A stretch of DNA of 64,000 bases from Cyanidioschyzon merolae (taxonomy: Eukaryota), in the NCBI GenBank assembly GCA_000091205.1, contig AP006489.2. One strand, written 5' to 3'. The notes beneath the pieces were generated by a model that worked only from the letters and a program-made list of their open reading frames with translations, was not told the DNA's origin and did not search any database. Made by a program: the position numbers and the translations under genes. Below, one piece after another: positions 1 through 10,621 of this stretch (its first letter is position 1; each line of letters opens with the position of its first letter).

Positions 1-1187
1 GCGCCCGAGTCGACCGCCTCCTCGAAATCGACATCCGCGTAGTCGTCCTCGAATGCTTCAGCGTCTGCAGAAGCGCTTTGCTCGGCTGCGTTGCTGCTTG
101 TGGTAAGCGTCCCAGGCTCAAGGCGGCCCGGTGCTGGTCCAGAGTGCTCAGCCGACGACTTGAAACCAGTGTGCTCTGTGGTGCGGGAGGAGGCGTTACC
201 GAACCATGCAGGTTGTTCAGGTTGACCCTGCCGGTCCTTCGCCTGCACACCCGTCACGTGCTCCATATCCTTTGCAGAGGACCCGTTCTCCACAAGACCA
301 GTGACCTCGACCTCGATGTCCAGCTCGTGTGAACCCAAAAATGAGTCGGCTGCACGTTCGCTCTCGGTCAGCGCAGCCTCTTCCCGTCGTGGACGTTCTG
401 GTTGATGGGCAGCGATGAACGCACCAACTTGATCTTCGTCCATATCATCGAGCGGATGCTTGGGCGCTTCAACGACTAAACAAGCAGCGGCTGCGTCAAC
501 TAGCGGGCGCAACTCGACTTCCACGGCATGCCGTAGTTGTCGCAAGGCGGCCAGCTCCTGGGAACGATCCACCTCGCGGACGGTGCCAGCGCAGCGCACA
601 CCTCGTTGAACGAGCTGTGTGCACCGTAGTTCTCCAGTGCTTTCCTGTAACAGCGCAGGTACATCCAGCGCTGTATACGTCCGGTTACAGCGCTCGCAGA
701 CGTAGTTCCCGACTGCACCGTTCGAGTCCGTGGCTCCGGAAGCGTTTTCTCGCAAACGCTCCTCTAGAATCTCTTGCACTCGATGTACTCTGTATAAGGC
801 ATTATTCAGCACGTTCTGGTAGTCGACGTACCAGTACAGTAGTCGACGTTGCCGCACGAAAGGCGCCGCCCCGGGTCGTCGTCCCGGAAAGACGCGCTTA
901 TACACGCGTGGCTCGCAGCGCACCATGCCACGGTCGCGTAGCTGCCACAACAGACTACGGCATTGCTTTTGATTAGCGCGGAGAATGGGCAACAACTGAA
1001 ACTCGGTACAGTACCTGAGCCGTACCAGTTGATCGACCAGGACGACCGCTCGAGCAGGAAGAAAGGTTCGCGCGTACAAACGAATGAAACGCTCGTACTC
1101 TCGCGGCACCGCGGCGAAACGATGTTTCTGATTGGACACCGACTTGACACGCCCAGCACTCGGGTCTGCCGTACAGGTGGCTGTCAT
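1..1187 (-). CDS. Transcription initiation factor TFIIE alpha subunit (TFA1/GTF2E1-like). The N-terminus starts at the ATG at 1185-1187 and the C-terminus runs off the window start, so the CDS is partial.
   Basis: My manual minus-strand translation, in the frame whose codon top coordinates are congruent to 2 mod 3, begins MTATCTADPSAGRVKSVSNQKHRFAAVPREYERFIRLYARTFLPARAVVLVDQLVRLRYCTEFQLLPILRANQKQCRSLLWQLRDRGMVRCEPRV. It continues ...LLYWYVDYQNVLNNALYRVHRVQEILEERLRE...NYVCERCNRTYTALDVPALLQESTGELRC, then an acidic tail ...AFEDDYADVDFEE. That is the TFIIE-alpha winged helix, zinc ribbon and acidic C-terminal layout. The ORF track omits it because no stop occurs before position 1. A TGA at 1203-1205 closes the frame upstream. 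Confidence 0.75.
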   Translation of the reverse strand, partial: MTATCTADPSAGRVKSVSNQKHRFAAVPREYERFIRLYARTFLPARAVVLVDQLVRLRYCTEFQLLPILRANQKQCRSLLWQLRDRGMVRCEPRVYKRVFPGRRPGAAPFVRQRRLLYWYVDYQNVLNNALYRVHRVQEILEERLRENASGATDSNGAVGNYVCERCNRTYTALDVPALLQESTGELRCTQLVQRGVRCAGTVREVDRSQELAALRQLRHAVEVELRPLVDAAAACLVVEAPKHPLDDMDEDQVGAFIAAHQPERPRREEAALTESERAADSFLGSHELDIEVEVTGLVENGSSAKDMEHVTGVQAKDRQGQPEQPAWFGNASSRTTEHTGFKSSAEHSGPAPGRLEPGTLTTSSNAAEQSASADAEAFEDDYADVDFEEAVDSG

Positions 1188-3344
1188 CAGCGAGCTCGTC
1201 GTTCAAGTACGGGAAGCAGTGAAAGGTTTGACGTCCTGCAAAGGCGCTGGCGGCTTTTCCGTCTCGATCGAAAGCTTCGCATGATTTGATCCAAGAATAT
1301 CTATATGTATATTTAAGTCCATTTATCTGTACTATATGGTACATGGCCGCTAACAGGCGACGCATGACGCACTGCGCGCGCCGCTGGGGCAGGGACTTTG
1401 GGAGCGCCAAAGCATCCAGGGCTGCTTTGTTGCATCGAGACCAGTCTGTAGCACGTAGTCTGGCTTTGTTTGTTGCAGCGGCGCTAGTTTCTCAACAATG
1501 GCGAGGCACCAACTGGTTGCAGACACGCCCGCGAAGGACAACTGGCAAGTTCAGTGCTCATGCTACGCTCGATCGATACATGAATTTTGGGTATTCATGG
1601 AGCATTGAACTGCTCGCTACGTTCGTGCTTGAGGTATCTACGGATATTTTAGGTCCACATCCTGGACAGTCAAGGTACAGCCAGCAGCGTTTATGGATGC
1701 GTACATGCTGTTGGGATTGCTGGTCGTCATCTCTGGGTAGCTTCTTCAACGCTCCGCTGCTGCTATTCGTGAAATCATCAGAGTCAGGACGACTCACAAT
1801 GCCCACGAGCAAGGGATCAGCACATACCGGATACCAGTATCCGTACCAGACGTAGAGGCATCTATGTTTGTCGATTCCTTGTATATATTGTGCTCAAATC
1901 ATGAACTCTTGTTCAGGTTTTCGATCTATCCATTTCAAGGTAACTGATGGCGCCGCGATTCGCACCGCTGGATGGACGACGAAACAAACTCGTTTTCGTG
2001 CTTGACGAATTGTTCGCAAGCTCGTGCCCAAAGCTCACTGAACCTGTTGCGTCCAATTATGGTCTAATCCATTAGAAAGACCATTCCTCCTCTCATTGGG
2101 ACCACTGACGCAACAGCCTTCGACAACTGCATGATATCTCTCACGGGGTACGCGCTGAGAGGCTCCCGTCGCTTCTGTGTGCATAGAAAAGCGTCTCGTA
2201 CTCGAATTTCATTCACTGCAATAATCGCTTCAAAAGATAATTGCGTCGCCGCTTTGCACGAAAGGTGCTCAAATGGATCGAAATTTTCCGACTGGTTCTC
2301 GAGCCTAGATGCTGATTCTGGTACTTGATTCATCTTGATTGGCATCGCGTTCCGTAAATCCTTTTGTCGAATGGAATAGCGTGTGCGTTCGTGTCCAGCG
2401 GGCATCGCACTCGCGAAAGGGAGCTCTCAGCAGAGGCCCATCATTGCAGGATACGGTACAGAGCGTCCAAACACAGATAGGGGCATCGCGAGGAGCCCTC
2501 GGTATTCGTCAGGGGCATGCACCGAATGATGCAGCAAGCACTCATGTGGAGCATGGCGGTGCTCGGATGAGGAGCTACGCAGGACATGCGCAAATGCCTG
2601 ACCACAGCCAGGTATCCGTTTTGCGATGAGTGCACAAATGTTGCTCAAAGAGAACCTGGAACTGGTATACGAAGCGTAGCTAGCGACTCCAATACGTGTA
2701 TGCAATGCTTCAACAACGGCTGGAAACAGCGATATCGTGACTTGAACGCCGCTATGAAAATCTTTCGGCCGCAGGAAAAGGAGCTAGAGCAAAAAGTCCC
2801 TGACATTTAGTGCTCTGCACAAGAGAGGAAACCGGAGTAGTCGCAGGAAGTGCCCGCCAGACTTGTATTTATGGCACGCGTAAGAACCGAACAAGCGAGC
2901 ATGTGTGTCCGTGCCTGGTGACTTGCGCCATTGTAGCCTGACATGGGCCTATCTCCCCTCATTTTGTACTAGTAGCAGATGAGGCGTCTCGCTCTGACCA
3001 CAGGTGCTTAGAGCCACTAGCGTTGCATCGTAGGGTACATGCGTTGCGATCTGCCTGTCCATCTGTCTGGCTCGAGTCAACGATTTGCGTGCTGGAGCAA
3101 AAGCCGGAAACCCGCGAGATGGAACGAGAATGCGGACGGGATTCCAATGCTAGCCTGCTTGCCGTGGTTGTTCCCTCTCAACGGTGCCATACACAACCGC
3201 CTCCAATCAAAAAACGTCCAAGCATCCGCGACAATCGGTAGTACCTTCAATTCCCCAACGAATTCCAGGCGACGCGAGATACGTACGCATTCCGAGACTA
3301 CAGCGTTCGATGTGAATCGCCTTTCCAACGGGCTTGTGGCCGTT

Positions 3345-5180
3345 TCATTCTCGGCTTCGCTCTGCTCCGACCGCTGATTGTGGAGCCACATCTAACAGCT
3401 CGCACTGAATAAGGTCATGGTTCTGCAGTTGCAGGCTGGCCGGTGTGTCCCAGGCGAACACTTCACGACAGTGTGGATGGCGAGTAGCACCTGCCAGCAC
3501 CGGCGGTGAGCGATGGAGGTAACGAGCATCCCAGCGACGGTAGCGAGCCGCTGTCTGTTCGGGATCAAGGCCAAGTTCGGTCGATAAAAATCTTCTGAAC
3601 ATACGCTGGAGAGGTCGATTACTCCAGATACGATAGCTCTTATGCACGTCGCCGCAGAACATCCGAATCACCAGTGGTGAGCCTCGTTCGGTCTGTTCGC
3701 CTGCCGTGTTTTGCCGCGCAGCGGATTCACTGGTCAGCATCGACGTAGGAAGCGTCGGCAACCCCGGCAAGTACAATGCAGGCACTGCCGCAAGCTTTCC
3801 ATCTTCCATCCCTGGACCCGGCATGCCAGATTCATGACGATGATTCGATGGGACGCATTCCGCAGAGCCGCGAGGCTCCAGCTCCGTGATCGGAGGCAAG
3901 CGCTGAACGTTCGCGCGCTTCAGCACCTCGTTCGGTAGACTCAGCAAGCTCTCATCGTCGATATGAAGCGCGTGGCACATGAGTGTGAAACACTTCACGC
4001 AAGCACTTGAAACGTAAATCTGTGAGCTCGGCGTAATCGTGGCGTGGAATTGCAAGCAGTTCGTCCAGCTCTGGGTCTCACGCAGCAGATGATCCGGCAA
4101 GTTCACGTCTCGCAGTCGCTCCCGAAGCTCTTCAGCACCGTACCGGGATAGTGCGACATGCAGAGCCGGCAGCAGCGAGCGGGTCGCTCGATCGCCACAG
4201 GCGCACTCGGCTCGCTCGAGTTGTCGGACAGATCGCGGCGAGGATGCAAGGCTCTCTGCGGTTTGGTATCCCGCACCTGGTGCTTTGCATCTGAGCGCGT
4301 CCATGCAATCAGAGATATCGTAATGTTGAAGACGCTTTGATAGAGCGTAAGTATCTGGGTGCGAAGCTAACGCTTCGGGTGCCGACTTGGATGCTACCAG
4401 CGGGTATTCCGTTCGAGGCGTTTGGGAGGTTCCGTTCGGAAGGATCACAGATGAGGAACGGTACTTGTTGAGCTGCTGGAGTCTCTCGGATTTCGATACC
4501 AGCAACGGTTCCCTCATCGAAGGATTCTCTAGCTCCGGTACTTGTATTCCAGCAGCGCCCTCCCTCTCTGACCCCGCCAGTCGTTCAGCAGCACTGAGGA
4601 TGGACTCAGCCGCTACGGAAGGTGGCGTCACCGGCTCCAAACGAAGGTCTTCCGGGGTCGGAAGTGCTCCACGGCCCAGCGAGAGCCGGAGCAATCGCCA
4701 ATGACGATGCCTTAACGCCGAAAATAGAACCGGATCACAGTAGCTGCACACACCAACTGTGCGAAGCTGGGAAATTATTTCCAAGCGTTGTACCTCTGCT
4801 GGATGCAGCCATTTGTTCCTTCCGACTTCAAGCAATCGTCGACACGCCCGACAAACCGCACTCGTTGGTATGGGTGGCCAACGCAGGAGCGACCTCGGGT
4901 AGGCGCTCTCGTTCGCAGCCTCCGTCCACTCTGCCCGCCACGAGCAGCCAACGCACTGTCGCTCCACGTCAACCAGCGCATAGGCTACCTGCGCAGGCGA
5001 TAAAGCGGCTCCTGTGAGCCCGCTCTCTGAGCTCGTAGGCGGCGTAAGTTCAGCGCTCTCGTCGCGTGCGCGTCCCGGGTTCGCCTCGGGTCGCCGACCG
5101 GTTCGCTTCCCTGTCGCTGCAACGATGCGCTCTTGCGCAGCGCTGCAGTCCAGGGACATAGGCGGGCGTTCCAACCGCAC
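3345..5180 (-). CDS. Hypothetical 611-aa protein of no recognisable family, with several Cys pairs in the N-terminal region.
   Basis: A long uninterrupted ORF in GC-rich DNA; the opposite strand carries only short ORFs. N-terminal CVGC...CRAC...CSYC pairs are visible, and no family motif was recognised by eye. Confidence 0.4.
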   Translation of the reverse strand: MRLERPPMSLDCSAAQERIVAATGKRTGRRPEANPGRARDESAELTPPTSSESGLTGAALSPAQVAYALVDVERQCVGCSWRAEWTEAANESAYPRSLLRWPPIPTSAVCRACRRLLEVGRNKWLHPAEVQRLEIISQLRTVGVCSYCDPVLFSALRHRHWRLLRLSLGRGALPTPEDLRLEPVTPPSVAAESILSAAERLAGSEREGAAGIQVPELENPSMREPLLVSKSERLQQLNKYRSSSVILPNGTSQTPRTEYPLVASKSAPEALASHPDTYALSKRLQHYDISDCMDALRCKAPGAGYQTAESLASSPRSVRQLERAECACGDRATRSLLPALHVALSRYGAEELRERLRDVNLPDHLLRETQSWTNCLQFHATITPSSQIYVSSACVKCFTLMCHALHIDDESLLSLPNEVLKRANVQRLPPITELEPRGSAECVPSNHRHESGMPGPGMEDGKLAAVPALYLPGLPTLPTSMLTSESAARQNTAGEQTERGSPLVIRMFCGDVHKSYRIWSNRPLQRMFRRFLSTELGLDPEQTAARYRRWDARYLHRSPPVLAGATRHPHCREVFAWDTPASLQLQNHDLIQCELLDVAPQSAVGAERSRE

Positions 5181-5636
5181 GAGGCACGGAGCTTCAACGA
5201 AAGAAACTGCTCAATAACGGAAACGTACGATGATTGCACCACGGGTGACGAGATGAGCGTTGCCGCGAACACTCATTGGAGGAAAAAACGCTAGTCGATG
5301 CGCCAGCGACAGCGATCGGGAAGATACTGGACATTTAAGGACATTATGTACTGGGGCTGCTGCTGCGCGATCTGCTGCGCAATGAACGGCGAGGTTGGAC
5401 CACGTAATGCGCAGCTGCGGCAACAGCCGAGGTACCGCGACGGTGATGGGGACGATACTGGACATTTTAGATCATCACGAACAGGGGCTTTTGCTTTGCG
5501 ATCTGGTGCGGTACACGACTCGACGCGACACGAACCTGGTTCACAACCTACGCAGTCGCTGCCGCTAATCGAAGCGACGTGAGTGCAACATGTCGTACCA
5601 GAACTTCCACGAACCTTAGTAGACACCGGTGTATCC

Positions 5637-7235
5637 TTATGACTGACATATTCCGGAATCAGCTTCCGTAGATTCGCTTGAATAGACGCGAAACTTCAAA
5701 CCAAGTTCGCTCGCCCGCCGTCGCAAGCACCGCTCAAACCTTGACGGTGAGAGACCAAACACCCGGGACACATGCTCCGCAAACGACTGTTCCGGTGGGC
5801 ATGACGCTCTCTGACGCATTTCTGATAGTCCTAGGCCCTGGGCTGTGATCCGCCAGGGACAGCTGCCCCAGAGCGCCGTGGTGAGCCGTTGTCGATCAAC
5901 CGCTTTGAGGACTGCACGCACGCGCGGCTGCATACGCGTCGCTGGCGGGAGTCGCCGCATGCAGAGCACAATCTCACGCCAAACCTTGTCATCGTGCTGA
6001 TTAAGATGCGGCAAGGAGTCCGCAAACCAGCCATCAGAGACGCTTTGCTGAACAGATGCTATATCGTCGGCGACCTCGCCTGTCGGTGCTGGGGCATGAA
6101 TCCCCGTCGGTACGTTCTCGGCAAGCTCTATCAGACCTGCATCCACGTGTAGCGCAGTCGCTAGAACCGTATCAAGCGCGGCTTCAAGTTCCGTTCGCGG
6201 AGACCAGTCCCGTACCTGACGCTGTATGCACGCTTCGGTAGCCGCACCGGTTGTCGCCGATGACTGTGGGGAGCCCTCCGAGCAGCGTGCCGCCCAACGA
6301 TCGCGGAGCCAGCGCACGAGCGCTTCGGGTTGCTCAATCGGGATGTCTATTGCCAGACGACGTTCAGGTGCAGACCCGCTGCGAATATCTTCCGGAGCAA
6401 TATCCCAACTGACCAAGGTACGCTCGTCGCCGAGCTTCGCTACAAGTTGATGGGCTCTCGCCACCAGCCTGGGTCGATGCGTTCGATACTCATGGTCTTT
6501 GCAATGAATGTACGGCAGGAGCAGCTCACGCAGACGGCTCATCAGGCCTCGTTGCAACTGATCCAGAAAACACAATGAATGATAGGCGTTCAGGCTGGGA
6601 TCAGACGTTTCCGCTCTCGCCTCGACAATGCCCAGGAAGACCGCAGCCGTGAGGGTGCTCGCACCAATCCGAAGTTTCACCGCTCCAGAGCCGTTCGCAA
6701 ACGCACGTGTCACGTACTGGTGATGTCGGGCGAAACGACTCGTGAGAAGTGCATGGATCCAGTGACTGACATAGCGGAGCGCTACGGACCCTGCGGTCTG
6801 TCCTACAAGGTAGGCGATGGCCTCACCGATAGCACCAAATACGATGCTGAGGTTCATCAGCTCCGTGGTGTCAGGGCTCTGCAGGTCCGCAGCAATCGCT
6901 ACACCGAGTCGCCGTCGATCCCAGAGCCGAGCGCGTCGACGCGGGCTCGCCAGCTCCGGCGCTTCCTTTCGCTGTTTTCGTTGGGCGACTCGTGCCCTGT
7001 CAATCAGACTCTGACGGGTAAAATGAACACCTGAGTCGAAGACGTCGATGCCGGTTGTTTCGTAGCTTTGTTGAACGGCATTGCAAACAGCACAAACAGG
7101 ACGACCCTCGTCGTTCCAACGGAACCGACGAGCACCACACGACCCACACGAATAAATCATTCCAGAAGGCGGAAAGAGACCCCGCAGACGAGACACCCGC
7201 CGCAAGTGCAAAGCGCTCCGGCTCGAGGAACGCAC
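5637..7235 (-). CDS. RNA polymerase I core factor subunit, RRN7/TAF1B-like, with an N-terminal zinc ribbon (TFIIB-related).
   Basis: The N-terminus IYSCGSCGARRFRWNDEGRPVCAVCNAVQQSYETTGIDVFDSG has C-x2-C-x14-C-x2-C spacing followed by ..E.TG.D..., resembling the TAF1B/Rrn7 zinc ribbon. The rest of the 532 aa was not matched further. Confidence 0.35.
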   Translation of the reverse strand: MRSSSRSALHLRRVSRLRGLFPPSGMIYSCGSCGARRFRWNDEGRPVCAVCNAVQQSYETTGIDVFDSGVHFTRQSLIDRARVAQRKQRKEAPELASPRRRARLWDRRRLGVAIAADLQSPDTTELMNLSIVFGAIGEAIAYLVGQTAGSVALRYVSHWIHALLTSRFARHHQYVTRAFANGSGAVKLRIGASTLTAAVFLGIVEARAETSDPSLNAYHSLCFLDQLQRGLMSRLRELLLPYIHCKDHEYRTHRPRLVARAHQLVAKLGDERTLVSWDIAPEDIRSGSAPERRLAIDIPIEQPEALVRWLRDRWAARCSEGSPQSSATTGAATEACIQRQVRDWSPRTELEAALDTVLATALHVDAGLIELAENVPTGIHAPAPTGEVADDIASVQQSVSDGWFADSLPHLNQHDDKVWREIVLCMRRLPPATRMQPRVRAVLKAVDRQRLTTALWGSCPWRITAQGLGLSEMRQRASCPPEQSFAEHVSRVFGLSPSRFERCLRRRASELGLKFRVYSSESTEADSGICQS

Positions 7236-7590
7236 CTCGCTGGCGAAACCAGAGAGACAGTAGTGTCCGACCCCGGTGTCAAGCTTGGGCGCCTATGTTC
7301 AATACTAGAGGCTATGCACGACAAAATTCTGGCATCGAGCACTTTTCATCCGATGTTTCCGAACGACTTCATCTAGGGACCTTTGTAAGCCACCCGTGGC
7401 ACAACGCTGGAAACAAAGAACGACGCTGGAATCGTACGTTTGCCGCCGTGGCGCTAGACGAGCGCCTATCGAGCTGCACCTCGACGCCTGAGTTGTCAAA
7501 AGGCTTTCCATCACGCGACTTTCATCGCATAAAAGCAACCCAAGTGTCGTTTGGTGCACACAGCTCAATCAGGCTTCAACAAAGACGCTG

Positions 7591-8295
7591 ATGCTCTCTT
7601 GGCGGGCCATCACAGCCTCGTTTCCGCCTCCGGATGACTCGTGGAGCGGGCTCGCAATGCACTTGGACCGTTGTGAACAAGTGCGCCACCAGTTTCTCGA
7701 GCAGCGAACGACAAGTTCAGAGCGGCTGTTGTGGCCGCTTCATCGCATTCACTATGAGCAGAATCGATTGATTTACGAAAAGCGGTTCAGGGAGCGCACG
7801 TTGAGCAGAGCGACTTACGCTTACCTCGTGCGATACCGCATCGCTGACGGAGACCTGATCGCCAAGTGGCGCCGACGCGGTTACCGAGCGCTCTGCTCGC
7901 TCTGGGCGATATCACGGTGCACTGCGGCTCGCAGTCATGCCATCTGCCGAGTTCCGCTGCGAAAACGCCGCCTGAGCGAAGGTGCTCGTGCAGCCACGCC
8001 AGCATTGAGGCGTTTGTTCCACCCGTCGTCGGTGACCGGGTGTGTGACGTGCACCGATGACGACTGCGTCGACCCGCGAAGCAAGCAAGTACTCGGGCCT
8101 ATTTGGTTTGATGATGTACAGCCCGACTGGGAAGCGATGACACCGGCACAGCGGACAGCGACAGCTCGGAAGCTAGCCCGGAAGTCCGCGCTTTGGAGCA
8201 CCAGCGGCGACAATGCGCCTATTCCTGGAGTTTCGTCTCGGGGTGCTGGCTCTGGTGGCGACAGTGTTGCAAGTCGCCATGCGCAATATCGATAG
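7591..8295 (+). CDS. BUD31: Pre-mRNA splicing factor BUD31/G10 homolog, with an unusual C-terminal extension.
   Basis: PPPDDSW near the N-terminus matches PPDGWE. LLWPLHRIHYEQNRLIYEKRFRERTLSRATYAYLVRYRIADGDLIAKWRRRGYRALCSLWAISRCTAARSHAICRVP aligns with the G10 core [73 protein letters not shown]. The ORF continues about 90 aa beyond the expected G10 end. Confidence 0.65.
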   Translation: MLSWRAITASFPPPDDSWSGLAMHLDRCEQVRHQFLEQRTTSSERLLWPLHRIHYEQNRLIYEKRFRERTLSRATYAYLVRYRIADGDLIAKWRRRGYRALCSLWAISRCTAARSHAICRVPLRKRRLSEGARAATPALRRLFHPSSVTGCVTCTDDDCVDPRSKQVLGPIWFDDVQPDWEAMTPAQRTATARKLARKSALWSTSGDNAPIPGVSSRGAGSGGDSVASRHAQYR

Positions 8296-8649
8296 CCGTA
8301 GGCAGCCTGGGATGCAGTGAACGTGCCTCGAAAGTCGCTTTGCAAAATGATTCAGTGATCGCTCCGCACACTGCACTCGGGCGCAACGATGCTTCGTGTC
8401 GCGAGCTATGGACGCGACGCCGCAGTCCTACGTCGTGAACACGATGCCTCAGACGAAATAAAGCTTATGGATCTGGGTTCGGTACCGACAATGCAACTCG
8501 AGTACTTGATAGTCAGAAAGCCTTTCCGGAGATCAGATTCGGTATCGATCAACTTGGCATTTTGTCGGTATTGGAGCTGCCTGTATCGCAAAGTGTCGAT
8601 GAGGATGCGCGTTTCGTTCATGACGCATTCGGTATCGACATTCTGTGTT

Positions 8650-10032
8650 TTACATTATGGCAACATTATCAAGGGGATTTCGGGAAACTCGACAGGTCGA
8701 GGATCGGCGCCGAGTTCCTCGCGTACGCTCGCTCTGTTGGGGCGCTTGGGGCAGCGCTCGCTGCGAAGTGTGCGAACCTGGGCTCGGTCTAGTGGAACGC
8801 TGATCCGACTTGGCACTCGTATCCTGTACGAACTCGCAGTGAGCATGGTTCAGCACCGCGCCGTGCGGCACGGGGAGCGACCTCGGTCGCGAGTTGTGTG
8901 CATCCTGCTGGGGTTTCGGAAACGGCACCTGCACGGAGTGTGGCCGATGACGGATGAAAGCGTCACTGCTTGCAGTGGCGAGGATCCAACCTTCCCGCAT
9001 TTTTCGCAGGACGGCAAGTGCCCGGAGCACTTCCAGCTGTTCGCTTGCTTGATGACCCAGGAGCTCGACGGCTTCGGCATCACTGAGCGCTGTACGCCCT
9101 CGTTCGTGGAGTGCGCAGAACAGTTTTTCATACGCTTGGTTCAGCGCATCCAGGGATGTGACTCGACGACGTAATAACAGCGGTAAGCGTTGGAAAGCCG
9201 CCTTAGCGATGGGCACGAATCCATCCATCGACCATGAATCGGGGGTATCCGCTTCGGGCTGCATGGAAGGCGGCTCATACTTGTGTGCTGCGGATGTTTC
9301 ATGTGATGCAGACTCGAATGCATCGCTGGATTTGCTATTGTTGTCGGGTTGATCGTTCTCGTCGTTTCCATCGTTGAGTACGGTAACTGGACCCGTGTCA
9401 GCGGCATCAAATACGAGGCCAGCCTGAACCATGGCTAATGGAAGCGATTCAGTAGCGGCGTCTACAAGCGACAGGTCCGGCACCGTGAACGTACCCGTTC
9501 CTGCTCCAGAACAACTTATACCATTCTGTGGCGTCTCTCCGTCCAAGCGCTCCCAAATTCGAATCGACTGGGTCATGGCCGCTTGCCACTGTCGGTAGCT
9601 CGCTCCGAACTGAGAAAGCGGGTCGGCAAGCCGCTCGTCTAGGTTTGGTGCGCGCTCCGGCAGTATCCCCTCGTCTTCCAGCTCTCGGATAGCCTTTTGT
9701 ATTTCTTCGCGATTTTTGAATAAAATGGCTTGCGTAATAGATATTAGGTCGTGTTTGAGGGCCACTGTGCGCTCCCAGTGTGCACGGAGAGCGGGAAACG
9801 CGCGCTGCAGATCGTATAGCCTTTCGATCAGGCGCACGGGATCAGGGAGCGCACGATCCCCATCACGACGCAGGAGTTCTTGAGCGACTCGATGCTCTAG
9901 CAACGATACGTCTCTCTCTAGGCGTTCCCAGGCCGCGTGTAGAGCTTCGATAGCCTCCTCCATTCGAGGCGTCGTGGGCAACCCCAGCGCGCAGCTGCAG
10001 TGCAGAGGAATTTGAATCGGCGCTGTGATCAA
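8650..10032 (-). CDS. Hypothetical 460-aa protein. The N-terminal half is helical/coiled-coil-like and the C-terminal half is acidic and low-complexity.
   Basis: Protein-like composition (ELLRRDGDRALPDPVRLIERLYDLQRAFPALRAHWERTV...). The overlapping plus-strand ORF 8389..9174 is S/R-rich and looks like antisense noise. Confidence 0.35.
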   Translation of the reverse strand: MITAPIQIPLHCSCALGLPTTPRMEEAIEALHAAWERLERDVSLLEHRVAQELLRRDGDRALPDPVRLIERLYDLQRAFPALRAHWERTVALKHDLISITQAILFKNREEIQKAIRELEDEGILPERAPNLDERLADPLSQFGASYRQWQAAMTQSIRIWERLDGETPQNGISCSGAGTGTFTVPDLSLVDAATESLPLAMVQAGLVFDAADTGPVTVLNDGNDENDQPDNNSKSSDAFESASHETSAAHKYEPPSMQPEADTPDSWSMDGFVPIAKAAFQRLPLLLRRRVTSLDALNQAYEKLFCALHERGRTALSDAEAVELLGHQASEQLEVLRALAVLRKMREGWILATASSDAFIRHRPHSVQVPFPKPQQDAHNSRPRSLPVPHGAVLNHAHCEFVQDTSAKSDQRSTRPSPGSHTSQRALPQAPQQSERTRGTRRRSSTCRVSRNPLDNVAIM

Positions 10033-10621
10033 TGACTTTTTTAGGTACCACTTTTGTATCTATTGTTCCTACGGAGATAGGTTTGTCCGAGATGCCAAAG
10101 ATCGCTGGCCAGTGCTTCAAAGAATGACCTTTGAGATACCTCTATGGAACATATTGTACCTAAAGAGACAGGTTCATTTTCTATGCAAGAGGGCATTTGC
10201 CTCCACTTGGATCCATCGATTGCACGTAACGAGATCTCCTTTATGCTCCCAGGATCGATGCTACTCACCGGATAGCCGCGGGTACACCAACGTTTCTGCT
10301 TGAAAGAGTGCGGACGTCGTCTGCAGTACAGATGCTTCCGAGTTCAACAACATCCCGAAAAGCATTCCTTTAGAGAACTGGAGCATCGTCCAGCAGCCTC
10401 CGAGGCGTTAGGCATCACGCGAGCGCTCGCTGCGACCATCAACGCACACCATTGGACAGTGCACAATGCGACGCAGCTACCGCGGCGTCGTCTGCTGCGT
10501 GTGCCATGGATCATACCTCGTGCACGCTAGGTACGTTCGCACAGGGCGTCAGCTTCTCGCAAAGCGCGTACTGCTCCTGCATTCCGTGAATACGAGCGCT
10601 GCCTCAGCGCCATCCAGTGCG

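Noticed and set aside
8389-9174. A 261-aa plus-strand ORF overlapping the 460-aa minus-strand gene, and many similar 60-200-aa ORFs antisense to real genes. Examples are those antisense to NRT2, NR, SET1 and the golgin.
   Set aside because: Their S/R/A/P-rich composition is typical of antisense frames in GC-rich coding DNA. The partner strand carries a longer, protein-like and in several cases clearly homologous ORF.
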